Origin: Candidatus Omnitrophota bacterium
GTDB taxonomy: Bacteria > Omnitrophota > Gorgyraeia > Zapsychrales > Zapsychraceae
Assembly (NCBI GenBank): GCA_015233115.1
Contig: JADFYJ010000009.1
Span: 12,163 to 76,162, forward strand
DNA: 64,000 bases
Direction: 5' to 3'
The position numbers were made by a program, and so were the translations under genes. Position 1 is the first letter of the stretch, and each line of letters opens with the position of its first letter. The notes under the pieces were generated by a model. That model was not told the origin of the DNA. It was given only the letters and a program-made list of their open reading frames with translations, and searched no databases. This document shows positions 11,001 to 19,670 of this stretch, one piece after another.

Positions 11001-11256
11001 TGCTCTTATGAAAAAAGAGAAAGGTTTCAATATTGATACGTTGAAATATTTTCCTAATTCGAAACAAGACGATAATGCTTTGTTAACAAAAGGCGGTATT
11101 GATTTTAATTCTGATCATGTTGTTTTGAGCGTTAATCAAGCTGACGGGAAATTTGATTTTAAAATTGATCCGGTTTTGATGGAACAATATCAGCATGTTG
11201 AAATTTTGCAAATTAAAATTCTCCAAATACTACCTATGAAGAATTTGACTGATTAA
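8044..11256 (+). CDS. Large modular paralogue carrying a GalE-like NAD-dependent epimerase module, GGIDFN C-terminus
   Basis: Shares YFLASxTxPxKDxWVNLSP and LRQxYxSxILAxWYK with the upstream gene; LLTGAGYIGS, YSESK, RDFIHIKD, NLGTG. Confidence 0.8.
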   Translation: MFQTLHKNFWRMRAFCSIFTGVISLVFCVPLGYSQMISGTAALYSNNASGLTASYAPTIVRGINVYPDNPLKFDFIIDKGQSKLGPTAFEQESQKLIRYFLASVTIPQKDMWVNLSPTEPDRIIPQIFGQTEMGRDLLTQDYLLKQLTAALLRPDSEVGAKFWDAVYSKIYEERKDRSSNNFDIPADILSKIWIVPDTAQLSEHDKGVDIVNTHLKVMTENEYFNDQSSPVYPLSSLIKQIILPAIEKEVNEGQTFSNLRQIYNSMILAKWYKARLKQSLLGQVYANKNKINGVRIKDRIQINDIYNKYLEIFKLSVNETIKEEYDPEAGKIVARKYLSGGYAGQNADYAMVDETDPSKEQPAIDPVKVTVELFGQMNPSSDNRQLLKAAGHLLDAEHARLDQSNYWKARLMQILDISLPPNFDCELNHPNAVNMSDSDIYEKIKRYGTFIKIFMEKIPYYKLVAVIFTKDWQLKFIEKSNDNNLDETTYYFTDDGRLETEVASVKDIGILDFLQLDPRISQYLTSSNVNPMIHNGKTVLLTGAGYIGSAIISTYLQYGTQVIIYDRNPYKSEYLSLVANHKNVIIVRGDLNDPDRLRSEVMDKYHIDLVVHLAGVTSPRESMNYPEKYFHENILGTMNLLHAMSKYQIKHFIFASTADVYGGNEEMFDERDETYPGNPYSESKWLLEIMAEYFSKQYGFNYVAFRIFNAAGAFFDNPLHSDDGQYFGEINRTSLLARAIESQLRPQEVTLTIMGKPVRDFIHIKDIANACLKASAYLYVGEENLTLNLGTGRKTSVPDVIDMLKKIFIENGRVWHEITQGPAVAGSVQQSTADFSKAFNKIGWWPEYSLTSILRTAVLFHFQQFIRGDHPVNANESVSDNILPQPEIFAKKVYDQVGKDTEMVNSFKFEILFRLLVDVLTALPDKDRRRNALLKNASDIKAQTGNAIDAIADKKAGQRFWEKFGEYILSYWDLDPIYQQIFLELNALMKKEKGFNIDTLKYFPNSKQDDNALLTKGGIDFNSDHVVLSVNQADGKFDFKIDPVLMEQYQHVEILQIKILQILPMKNLTD

Positions 11257-11281
11257 AATCATTAAAATCATATCACTTATG

Positions 11282-11310
11282 TTGACTTTTGTGGATGTAT
11301 CAGTTACAAT
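11282..11310 (+). promoter_or_regulatory. Sigma70-type promoter
   Basis: TTGACT-17 nt-TACAAT upstream of the small ORF and rsfS-argS-recJ. Confidence 0.65.
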
Positions 11311-11346
11311 CAAAAACAATTTTAAACTTATAACTAGGAGGTTGGC

Positions 11347-11517
11347 ATGGAGAAGTTGTCGTTCTATGATGTCAAATTAAAGAAGAAGTTTGATGCTGAT
11401 ACTTATGAAGTCCGTGAAAAGAACGGTCGTTTTTTTGCCGTTACAAAATCACCGGCCGGCGCACATGAATGCTGGAGAGTTTTGAGCAAGGATCAAGCGG
11501 CCAAACTTAAGAAATAA
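11347..11517 (+). CDS. 56-aa basic protein resembling crenarchaeal chromatin protein CC1
   Basis: GGAGG RBS; MEKLSFYDVKLKKKFDADTYEVREKNGRFFAVTKSPAGAHECWRVLSKDQAAKLKK; below the ORF-track size cutoff. Confidence 0.75.
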   Translation: MEKLSFYDVKLKKKFDADTYEVREKNGRFFAVTKSPAGAHECWRVLSKDQAAKLKK

Positions 11518-11564
11518 ATTTTAATTATTTTGATCATTATTTTTTTAGAGAGGAAATTTGCACT

Positions 11565-11951
11565 ATCGCACGGTCAACACCTTCTAAACCTATTGATTTT
11601 GTTAATAAAATAGCGCAGTTCGCAGCCGATAAAAAAGCGGAGAGCATTACGATCCTGGAAATGAAGGATATCGTTAATTTCTGTGATTATTTTGTGATTT
11701 GCACGGGAAATACCGACCGTCATGTCAAGGCAATTGCTGACAATATTGAGGATGAATTGGCTAAGTCAGGAATGAAGATTTCACCTAAGCAACGTACGGG
11801 AAAGAATGATTGGGTTATCTTTGATATTGGTGATATTGTGGTGCATGTTTTTCAAAAAGATACTCGTGAATTTTATCAATTAGAGTATCTTTGGCGTGAC
11901 GCGAAGAAGATCGACTGGGTTGAAGTTATTCCTCCTAAAAAAACAAATTAA
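11565..11951 (+). CDS. rsfS: Ribosome silencing factor RsfS (probable non-canonical start; first ATG at 11661)
   Basis: DKKAESITILEM..DYFVICTG..WVIFDIGDIVVHVF..REFYQLEYLW. Confidence 0.85.
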   Translation: MARSTPSKPIDFVNKIAQFAADKKAESITILEMKDIVNFCDYFVICTGNTDRHVKAIADNIEDELAKSGMKISPKQRTGKNDWVIFDIGDIVVHVFQKDTREFYQLEYLWRDAKKIDWVEVIPPKKTN

Positions 11952-11962
11952 TAGACCCATGG

Positions 11963-12001
11963 AACACCGCGCCGGTGGACTTTATCCACCGACGCGGTGT
12001 T
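11963..12001. repeat. CACCG-NNN-CGGTG palindromic element (also 17859-17891, 51003-51035, 62572-62627)
   Basis: aacaccgcgccggtgga..tccaccgacgcggtgtt. Confidence 0.75.
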
Positions 12002-12010
12002 TTTAATCTT

Positions 12011-13684
12011 ATGTTCCAAGATATCCAACAAAAATTAGCCAGTATTATCAATGAGGTGTTGAAAAAAACAGCACCTGAAGGTATTGATTTGCCGTTAGTA
12101 GAATGGGAAATCCCGATTGAAAAAGAATTTGGGGATCTATCGACAACTATCGCCTTAAAAGCTGCTAAAATTTTTCGTAAACCTCCTGCCATTATCGCGC
12201 AAGATTTAATCACTAAGATTAATGACGCGTTAGTTCACTCGCCATTTAAAATTAAAATTGAAAAAATTGAAGTCAAGAGTCCTGGTTTTATTAATTTTTT
12301 CTTTAGCGCCCAGTATTTCCGTGATGTTTTGGAAAGTATTTTAACGGCGGGGAATGATTTTGGCCGTTTAGATTTTGGCCGGAATGAAAAACTTATGGTC
12401 GAATTTGTAAGCGCGAATCCGACTGGACCTTTAAGCGTGGCGCACGCGCGTCAGGCTGCTGTCGGCGACGCTTTGGTGAATATTTTATGTTATATTGGGT
12501 TCGACGCAAAAAAAGAATATTATGTGAATGACGGAGGGAACCAGATTCGTATTTTAGGCAATTCAGTCCGTTTACGCGCGTTTGAATTATTGGGCAGGCA
12601 GGTGGATTATCCTGAAGATTATTACCAAGGCGACTATATCCGCGATATGGCACAACTTTTCATGGATCAACGTTCGATAAAAACGCTTGAGGCGTTAGAT
12701 CAACTGAATGAAAAAGATTTTATGGATTTTGCCGGCGGTTATTTATTGGATGTGAACCGTAAAGAATTGGAAGATTTCGGTGTACAATATGATTGTTGGT
12801 CATTTGAATCTAAAGTGGCAGGCAAAGAAAATATTAAAAAAGTTTTGGATGAAATTGCGCAAAAAGGGCTGATTTATGAGAAGGACGGGGCTTTGTGGTT
12901 TAAGACCACAGATTTAGGCGATGATAAAGACCGGGTCGTCCGTAAGAGTGATGGAAGCTTTACTTATTTGGCCCCTGACATTGTTTACCATAAAAATAAA
13001 TTTGATCGCGGGTTTAGCCGCGTATTTGATATTTTAGGCCCGGATCACCATGGATATATTCCGCGTCTTAAGGCGGCAGCGCAGGCTTTGGGCCGTAACC
13101 GTGATGATGTGGAAGTTCTGATTGTCCAGCTGGCGACTATTATCCGCGATGGGCAAATATTATCCATGTCGACCCGCAAAGGGCAATATATTACTTTGCG
13201 CGAAGTTTTGGATGAAGTGGGCAAAGATGCCGCCCGGTATTTCTTTTTAATGCGTCATATTAAGGCGCAGTTGGAATTTGATCTGGAGGTGGCTAAAAAA
13301 CAGACTGCTGAAAACCCGGTTTATTATATTCAATATGGTCATGCCCGGGTTCATAGTATCAATGAAAAAGCAGCGGTTTCCGGAGTAGTCGCGAAGACAG
13401 CCGGTTTTCAATACCTAAACGAGGAAGAAGAGATAAATCTCATAAAGAAGATAAATGGTTTTTCATCCGCTTTGCTGGCTTGTTATAAACAGATGGATCC
13501 GTATCCTTTGGCGAGCTATTTGCTTGAATTGGCTACCGCGTTCCATAGATTTTATGATAAGCACCGCGTCATTACGGAGGATCTTCCTTTATCATCTGAG
13601 CGTCTGGCTTTGGCCAACGCGGCCCGGGTCACGCTGGCAAATGGGCTTAAGCTCATTGGAGTGACTGCGCCATCAAAAATGTGA
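12011..13684 (+). CDS. argS: Arginine--tRNA ligase
   Basis: EFVSANPTGPL, DHHGY, MSTRKG, NPVYYIQYGHAR, terminal APSKM. Confidence 0.97.
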   Translation: MFQDIQQKLASIINEVLKKTAPEGIDLPLVEWEIPIEKEFGDLSTTIALKAAKIFRKPPAIIAQDLITKINDALVHSPFKIKIEKIEVKSPGFINFFFSAQYFRDVLESILTAGNDFGRLDFGRNEKLMVEFVSANPTGPLSVAHARQAAVGDALVNILCYIGFDAKKEYYVNDGGNQIRILGNSVRLRAFELLGRQVDYPEDYYQGDYIRDMAQLFMDQRSIKTLEALDQLNEKDFMDFAGGYLLDVNRKELEDFGVQYDCWSFESKVAGKENIKKVLDEIAQKGLIYEKDGALWFKTTDLGDDKDRVVRKSDGSFTYLAPDIVYHKNKFDRGFSRVFDILGPDHHGYIPRLKAAAQALGRNRDDVEVLIVQLATIIRDGQILSMSTRKGQYITLREVLDEVGKDAARYFFLMRHIKAQLEFDLEVAKKQTAENPVYYIQYGHARVHSINEKAAVSGVVAKTAGFQYLNEEEEINLIKKINGFSSALLACYKQMDPYPLASYLLELATAFHRFYDKHRVITEDLPLSSERLALANAARVTLANGLKLIGVTAPSKM

Positions 13685-13727
13685 GCTCTTGCTTCCGCAA
13701 TTAAATTTTAATGAGCGGAAGGAATTT

Positions 13728-15419
13728 ATGGAAAAAATTTGGCATATTTTGCCTAGCCATCCTAAGCGTCAAGCTGAATTGGTTTCTGCACTTCATATCC
13801 ATCCGATTGTTGCCCAACTTTTAATTAATCGAGACATTCAAGAACCCGAGGCCGCAAAATTGTTTTTATCAGCGGAAATGGAAGGGTTGTTAGACCCGTT
13901 TACGATGAAAGGCATACCTGAAGCTGTAGATCGTCTTAAATTGGCGCGGGACCGCAAAGAAAAAGTGTTAATTTATGGCGATTATGATGTGGATGGTGTC
14001 ACAGCATCGGCCTTGCTCCATGATACGTTTCAGCAGTATGGCTTAAACGTGGATAATCATATTCCGCACCGCATGCTGCATGGTTATGGTCTAAACATGG
14101 AAATTGGGGAGATGGCGAAGAAGGATGGGGTATCCTTGATCGTAACTGTGGATTGCGGGATTAACGCGTGCGAGGCCGTGGACGTGGTCAATAGTTTTGG
14201 AATTGATGTCATTATAATTGATCATCACGAACCAGCCGAACAATTGCCTAAAGCCTTGGTTATTATTAATCCGAAACAAAAGGAATGCTCCTATCCTTTT
14301 AAAGATTTAGCCGGTGTCGGTTTGGCGGCCAAAATATCCCAGGCGCTGATTGGCCAGATCACTGATGAAGCTTTGGATTTTGCCGCGATCGGGACTGTGG
14401 CTGACATTGTACCGCTGTTAGGCGAGAACCGGATTATTGTGAAGAATGGCTTGAAGCGTTTGAATCAGACCAGAAATAAGGGGTTAAAAGCGCTTTTAGA
14501 GATTGCGAAAATTTTGGGGAAAGATATCAGGCCTTTTCATGTTGGTTTTATTTTGGGCCCGCGGATTAACGCGGCAGGGCGCATGGATTCAGCGCATGAT
14601 TCATTAGATTTGTTTTTAGCTCAGGACGATGAGAAAGCCCGCGGTTTTGCGGCTGAGTTGGAAAAACACAATACCATGCGTCAACTGATGCAAAAGGAAG
14701 TCATTGAAGAGGCTTTGGCGATTGTGGAGCAGGAAGTTAATTTTAACGAAGATAAAGTGATTGTGATATGCAAAGAAGGGTGGCACAAAGGCGTTTTGGG
14801 CATTGTTGCGTCCCGTATTACGGATAAATATTTTCGGCCGGCTGTGGTGATTTCAGTTGAGGACGGGGTGGGTACTGCATCAGCACGATCCATTGATGGT
14901 TTCCATTTGCACGATGCGCTGTTAGCATGTTCAGAACTCTTGGTGCGTTTTGGCGGGCATGAAGGGGCAGCTGGCTTAACGATCAAAGAAGAAAATATTG
15001 AATTGTTCCGAAAACAAATTAATCACATTGCGTGTAAAAATCTAGAGCAGAAAAAATTGGTGCCAACGATTCATATAGATTGTGAAGTGGCGCTGGCTGA
15101 CATTAATTTGGAATTAGCACATACCGTTGATACCATGGAACCCTTTGGCGAGGGGAATCCTGAACCAGTTTTTTGCGTTTTAGGCGTGACAGTCAAAAGC
15201 CGGCCTCAAGTAATGGGTAAAGAAACAATTAAGTTTTGGGTCAGTGATGACCATGCCGCGATTTCTGCCGTAGGTTTTGGAATGGGCCGTTTTGCTGAGA
15301 TAATTGATGTGGGTTCCAAAGTTGACCTGGCGTTTAATATTGGTATTGATGATTGGAATAAAGCCCCGGTTGCGCAGTTGAAGCTGAAGGATGTAAGATT
15401 GACATGTCAGAAAATTTAA
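13728..15419 (+). CDS. recJ: ssDNA exonuclease RecJ
   Basis: YGDYDVDG, DHH, PRINAAGR, FGGH, EPFGEGNP. Confidence 0.97.
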   Translation: MEKIWHILPSHPKRQAELVSALHIHPIVAQLLINRDIQEPEAAKLFLSAEMEGLLDPFTMKGIPEAVDRLKLARDRKEKVLIYGDYDVDGVTASALLHDTFQQYGLNVDNHIPHRMLHGYGLNMEIGEMAKKDGVSLIVTVDCGINACEAVDVVNSFGIDVIIIDHHEPAEQLPKALVIINPKQKECSYPFKDLAGVGLAAKISQALIGQITDEALDFAAIGTVADIVPLLGENRIIVKNGLKRLNQTRNKGLKALLEIAKILGKDIRPFHVGFILGPRINAAGRMDSAHDSLDLFLAQDDEKARGFAAELEKHNTMRQLMQKEVIEEALAIVEQEVNFNEDKVIVICKEGWHKGVLGIVASRITDKYFRPAVVISVEDGVGTASARSIDGFHLHDALLACSELLVRFGGHEGAAGLTIKEENIELFRKQINHIACKNLEQKKLVPTIHIDCEVALADINLELAHTVDTMEPFGEGNPEPVFCVLGVTVKSRPQVMGKETIKFWVSDDHAAISAVGFGMGRFAEIIDVGSKVDLAFNIGIDDWNKAPVAQLKLKDVRLTCQKI

Positions 15420-15421
15420 GA

Positions 15422-15773
15422 GTCACAAGGACACAAAGTCACAAGGTCACAAAGGGTAGTGAAGATTTGAAAAAAGGCGGATGGGATCACAAAAGATATG
15501 AAAATTATGTCATATGTTTGTGAATTATGCTAATAGGGATGATAGGCAATTTATCGTTTTAACTTTGAGTATTCAGATAATTGTTTTGATTTAAATTTAT
15601 TATTTATATTTTTTTTGTAACTTTGTGCTCGTGAGATTTTTTACATGTGTTATTAAATAAAAAAAAGACCATAAAATTTTTATGGTCTTTTTTATATCGT
15701 TTTTAATTTTTATAATATCGCTTTTTTTATCTTTATTACCCTTTGTGACCTTGTGACTTTGTGCCCTTGTGAC
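15422..15773. repeat. Inverted pair of GTCACAAR octamer arrays (15422-15458 / 15737-15773)
   Basis: 37-bp arms reverse-complementary with 1 mismatch; same arm type at 58008-58050 and 60185-60212. Confidence 0.85.
15658..15695. terminator. Probable bidirectional intrinsic terminator between convergent recJ and rpmB
   Basis: A-tract-gaccataaaa..ttttatggtc-T-tract. Confidence 0.65.
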
Positions 15774-15779
15774 CTTTTA

Positions 15780-16007
15780 TTAGGCTTTCGTAATTTTTCC
15801 TGCCTGGATACAGCTGGTGCAGACATCGGCGCGCTTGATTGTTCCGTCTAAATTGATTTTGATTTTTTGTAAATTGGGTTCAAACGTGCGGAAAGTTTTT
15901 CCGACGACCTTAGAACCGGCGCCGCCTTTATTTTTTGCCATACCGCGTCTTTTATATTTTGCGCCCGGTTGGGTGGTTTTTTGACAAATAATACATTCTT
16001 TAGCCAT
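15780..16007 (-). CDS. rpmB: 50S ribosomal protein L28
   Basis: MAKECIIC..RTFEPNLQK..VCTSCI. Confidence 0.92.
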   Translation of the reverse strand: MAKECIICQKTTQPGAKYKRRGMAKNKGGAGSKVVGKTFRTFEPNLQKIKINLDGTIKRADVCTSCIQAGKITKA

Positions 16008-16137
16008 GGGTCAATGTTCCTTGTAATATTATTGAAAAATGATTAGACATAATTCTTTCTTGAGAGTAAAAGTATACTAATGTTTTATGATTTGTCAAGG
16101 GCAAACAAGGGGTACAATTTTAATAGAGGGGAGTTTT

Positions 16138-17859
16138 ATGAGTATTGCCGGTGAGCATTTAAAAGGATTTGCGCCATATCAGGAGCGTCATTTTTTGAAC
16201 ATCAATGATAATTTAGGCGATTGGGAAACAATTAAAAAGTATTATGAGCTGTTGCTCAATCGTTTGATCACGACTAGCCTTGATATGGAACAATGGGTTC
16301 TGGATCGTTCGGAAATGGAAGCGGCCATAGACCAGCAAAGTTCCATTCTGTATATTCTCATGACTTGCCAAACGGATAATGAGCAAAGGGCAAAGGATTA
16401 CAGCCGTTTTATCGAAGAGATCACACCGGCCATGAAGCCTTATGAACAAAATCTTGACTTATTCTTGCTTAAAAATGTTCAACAATATCCACTCGAAAAT
16501 ACGCGGTACAAATTGTATATTCAAAAAATCCGACAGGACGTAGAGTTGTTCCGGAAAGAGAATATTTTGTTAGAGACGGAAGTTGATCTATTAAGCCAAG
16601 AGTATCAATCTATATGCGGACAGATGGGCGTTGAATTTGACGGACAGGAACATACTTTACCGCAAATGGAAAAATATCTCCACGAACCGGATCGCGATTT
16701 GCGGGAACGGGCTTGGCGCGCGATCAGTAGAAAAAGACTGAGCGTTAAAGATTCATTAAATAAAATATTTGACCGGATGCTGCAATTGCGTGACCAAATC
16801 GGCCGCAACAGCGGATTCGCTAATTACCGGGATTACAAATTTAAAGCATTGCACCGGTTCGATTACACGCCGGAAGATTGTCGCAATTATCATGCGGCTA
16901 TTGAAAAATTCGTAGTTCCAGTTTGGAAAAAAATTTTGTACCGTCGCAGGTTACAAATGAAATTGGATGCCTTGCGCCCGTGGGATACATCTGTTGATCC
17001 ATTGGGCCGGTCGCCTTTGAAGCCTTTTGTCGAGGATCATCAGCTGACAGAAAAATGTTCGAAAATTTTTGCTCGTGTAGATGACTCATTAGGGTACCAG
17101 TTTAAAGAGATGAGTCAGTGGGGAATGTTAGACTTGGAGAGCCGCAAAGGCAAGGCGCCGGGAGGATATCAATCGACCCTGAATGAGGCAAGGAAGCCGT
17201 TTATTTTTATGAATGCTGTGGGAATTGATTCCGATGTGCGGACTTTGCTGCATGAGGGCGGGCATGCATTTCATGCTTTGGCCTGTAGTCATGACCCCCT
17301 ATTAGACTACCGGCATGCTCCTATGGAATTTTGTGAAGTGGCATCCATGAGTATGGAACTATTAGGAGGCGAATTTTTAACCGAATTTTATAGTTCAGAC
17401 GAATTGTTACGCTCTAAATCAGAGCATTGGGAAGATGTGATTTTTATATTAGTGTGGGTTGCCGTTATTGATAGTTTTCAACATTGGATATATGAAAATC
17501 CTCACCACACCAATGATCAAAGGATTAAAATTTGGAAACAGATTCGCTCAAGGTTCGGCGCAGAGGCCGTTGATTGGTCAGGATTCGACGAGGAGCACGC
17601 GTATTTATGGCATAAGCAACTACACATTTTTGAAGTGCCATTTTATTACATCGAATATGGCATAGCCCAGTTGGGAGCCTTGCAAGTGTGGCTGAACTTC
17701 CGGAAGGATTATAAGCGTGCGGTAGGAGCATATAAGCAGGCTTTGGCATTAGGAGGCAGCCGTCCATTGCCGGAATTATTCCAGGCGGCAGGGATTAAAT
17801 TTGATTTCAGCGAAAAGACTATTAAGCCTCTTCTAGACGCTGTCGAAAAAGAACTCTGA
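16138..17859 (+). CDS. M3 family oligoendopeptidase F
   Basis: GKAPGGY, HEGGHAFH, EVASMSME, PFYYIEY. Confidence 0.93.
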   Translation: MSIAGEHLKGFAPYQERHFLNINDNLGDWETIKKYYELLLNRLITTSLDMEQWVLDRSEMEAAIDQQSSILYILMTCQTDNEQRAKDYSRFIEEITPAMKPYEQNLDLFLLKNVQQYPLENTRYKLYIQKIRQDVELFRKENILLETEVDLLSQEYQSICGQMGVEFDGQEHTLPQMEKYLHEPDRDLRERAWRAISRKRLSVKDSLNKIFDRMLQLRDQIGRNSGFANYRDYKFKALHRFDYTPEDCRNYHAAIEKFVVPVWKKILYRRRLQMKLDALRPWDTSVDPLGRSPLKPFVEDHQLTEKCSKIFARVDDSLGYQFKEMSQWGMLDLESRKGKAPGGYQSTLNEARKPFIFMNAVGIDSDVRTLLHEGGHAFHALACSHDPLLDYRHAPMEFCEVASMSMELLGGEFLTEFYSSDELLRSKSEHWEDVIFILVWVAVIDSFQHWIYENPHHTNDQRIKIWKQIRSRFGAEAVDWSGFDEEHAYLWHKQLHIFEVPFYYIEYGIAQLGALQVWLNFRKDYKRAVGAYKQALALGGSRPLPELFQAAGIKFDFSEKTIKPLLDAVEKEL

Positions 17860-18004
17860 TCGATGAACCACCGACGCGGTGGTCTATCGGTTTAAAAAAT
17901 AAATATTTTTTCTTGGGTGTAAATTTTGTTGTGTTAGAATAAAAAAGTTAGCAATAAATTATCAAATTCAAAAGAATTTCAGGCGACTACTTTGAGGGGA
18001 TAAA

Positions 18005-18226
18005 ATGCAGAAGAAAAAAAAGACTAATCTGTCATGGTTTTTACTGACAGCTTTTATAGTTGGTTTATTTGCGCCGGTTTTTTTTGTGAAGACGTTTTTA
18101 AGGGTCGATAAAAATAAAGATGCTGCCAGTAGAAATATTTATGCCGCGCAAACGATCGATCGTCGTCAACAAGCTCAAGATATTGAATTTCTATATGCCG
18201 ATATCAATAAACCGAAAGGTCGGTAA
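18005..18226 (+). CDS. Small membrane-anchored hypothetical protein
   Basis: GAGGGG RBS, single hydrophobic segment. Confidence 0.55.
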   Translation: MQKKKKTNLSWFLLTAFIVGLFAPVFFVKTFLRVDKNKDAASRNIYAAQTIDRRQQAQDIEFLYADINKPKGR

Positions 18227-18228
18227 AC

Positions 18229-18819
18229 ATGAAAGTTGTTAAGTTTTTCATTGCGCTTTTTGTGGGAATTTTGGGGGTAACCAGCGCTGCGTTGGCATTT
18301 GAAAAACGCTTAGCTGCTCCGGCGGATATTCTGCGCCTTAAAAGTGATTTAGTTCAGCAAGTTATTAAGGCCGATGTGGTTCGCATGAAAGATATCCGCG
18401 CCGTATATGGGGATCCGGCTACGATTACAGAGACGGGGAGGCGAATTGTTTTTGATTATAATGACCTTTTTTTGGAATTTGAAAAACAAGTTTTATTTAG
18501 AAAATGGGGTCACGATTTTTCTCAGCCTCAGGCCTGGAGCGCGAATGTTAAAAAAGCCAGAACAGCTATTGAAGGCGGACAAATAACGGGAACTGAATAT
18601 ACTTTGGATCGTTTATACAAAGATTATAAAGATCCAACATTTAAAGTTGAAACTTCCGGCGATGGTGAGCTGTCATATTATTATTATGGAGAAATGAAAT
18701 TAACTTTTGAAAATGTCTATGTTTTGAAATCCTGGAAAGGCAAAAAATTAGAAGCTGTTTATAACACTGGCGTGTTGCAAGCCGTTCCAGAACCAATTCC
18801 TGTTCCTGCGCCTAAATAG
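18229..18819 (+). CDS. Exported hypothetical protein
   Basis: Signal peptide ending AALA. Confidence 0.7.
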   Translation: MKVVKFFIALFVGILGVTSAALAFEKRLAAPADILRLKSDLVQQVIKADVVRMKDIRAVYGDPATITETGRRIVFDYNDLFLEFEKQVLFRKWGHDFSQPQAWSANVKKARTAIEGGQITGTEYTLDRLYKDYKDPTFKVETSGDGELSYYYYGEMKLTFENVYVLKSWKGKKLEAVYNTGVLQAVPEPIPVPAPK

Positions 18820-18911
18820 GTGTCTGCACTCGGCTGAGCATTGTCGCTCGGCATGTGAGCGGCAAAAAGCATTCTTTTTGAACTAATTGTTCTTGGCTGA
18901 GGTCTGACACC
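18819..18911. mobile_element. GGTGTC..GACACC MITE-like element, intergenic copy
   Basis: ggtgtctgcactcg ... gaggtctgacacc termini. Confidence 0.65.
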
Positions 18912-18932
18912 ATTTTTAAAAAACCCAAAATT

Positions 18933-19448
18933 TTGCTTCATAAAGGTCAACATCTGCAGTTTGTCTGCCAGGGGGGGTGGGAATATATCGAACGGACCAA
19001 TTGTTCTGGGGCCGTGATTATTTTGGCTATGACGGATGATAATAAAGTGTTGTTTGTGGAACAATTCCGCCCGCCGGTTCAAAAGCGGGTTATTGAATTT
19101 CCCGCCGGTTTGGTTGATGATAAATTTTCTACCAAAAAAGAATCTATAATTTCAGCTGCCCGTCGGGAGTTATTCGAAGAGACCGGGTATCAGGCCAAGA
19201 AGATTGTTAAGGTTATAGACGGGCCAGCTTCGTGCGGCACCAGTTCGGAAATGTTAACCATGGTACAGGCTATGGGTTTAAAAAAGGCAGGTCAAGGCGG
19301 CGGCGTTGATGGCGAGGCTATAAAACACTATGAAGTGCCGTTAGCTGAAGTGGAACAATGGCTCAACATGAAACGCCGGAGCGGTTGCTTGATTGGCCCT
19401 AGAATTTATGCTGGACTTTACTTTTTAAACAAATATAATGAGGGTTAA
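18933..19448 (+). CDS. NUDIX hydrolase (ADP-ribose pyrophosphatase-like)
   Basis: EQFRPP, EFPAGLVD..AARRELFEETG Nudix box. Confidence 0.9.
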   Translation: MLHKGQHLQFVCQGGWEYIERTNCSGAVIILAMTDDNKVLFVEQFRPPVQKRVIEFPAGLVDDKFSTKKESIISAARRELFEETGYQAKKIVKVIDGPASCGTSSEMLTMVQAMGLKKAGQGGGVDGEAIKHYEVPLAEVEQWLNMKRRSGCLIGPRIYAGLYFLNKYNEG

Positions 19449-19670
19449 TTATTTGGTTGTTGGTTTTTTGTTATTGGTTGCAGGAATAATCTGATTTTGT
19501 TTAAAAACTATCAACTCACAAATTTATTTGGTTTTGATAATTTGCTTTTCCCAAAAACTTAAGCCATCATTCATCAATTAAAATTTTTTTGCGATTACTA
19601 ATTTGTTTTTCCAAAAAACAAAAACTATCATCCATCAACTATCAAAATTAATATACTGAAAGGATTACCC

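Noticed and set aside
19452-19650. Complete copy of the GGTGTC element
   Set aside because: Only reverse-oriented interior-like tracts; terminal repeats absent
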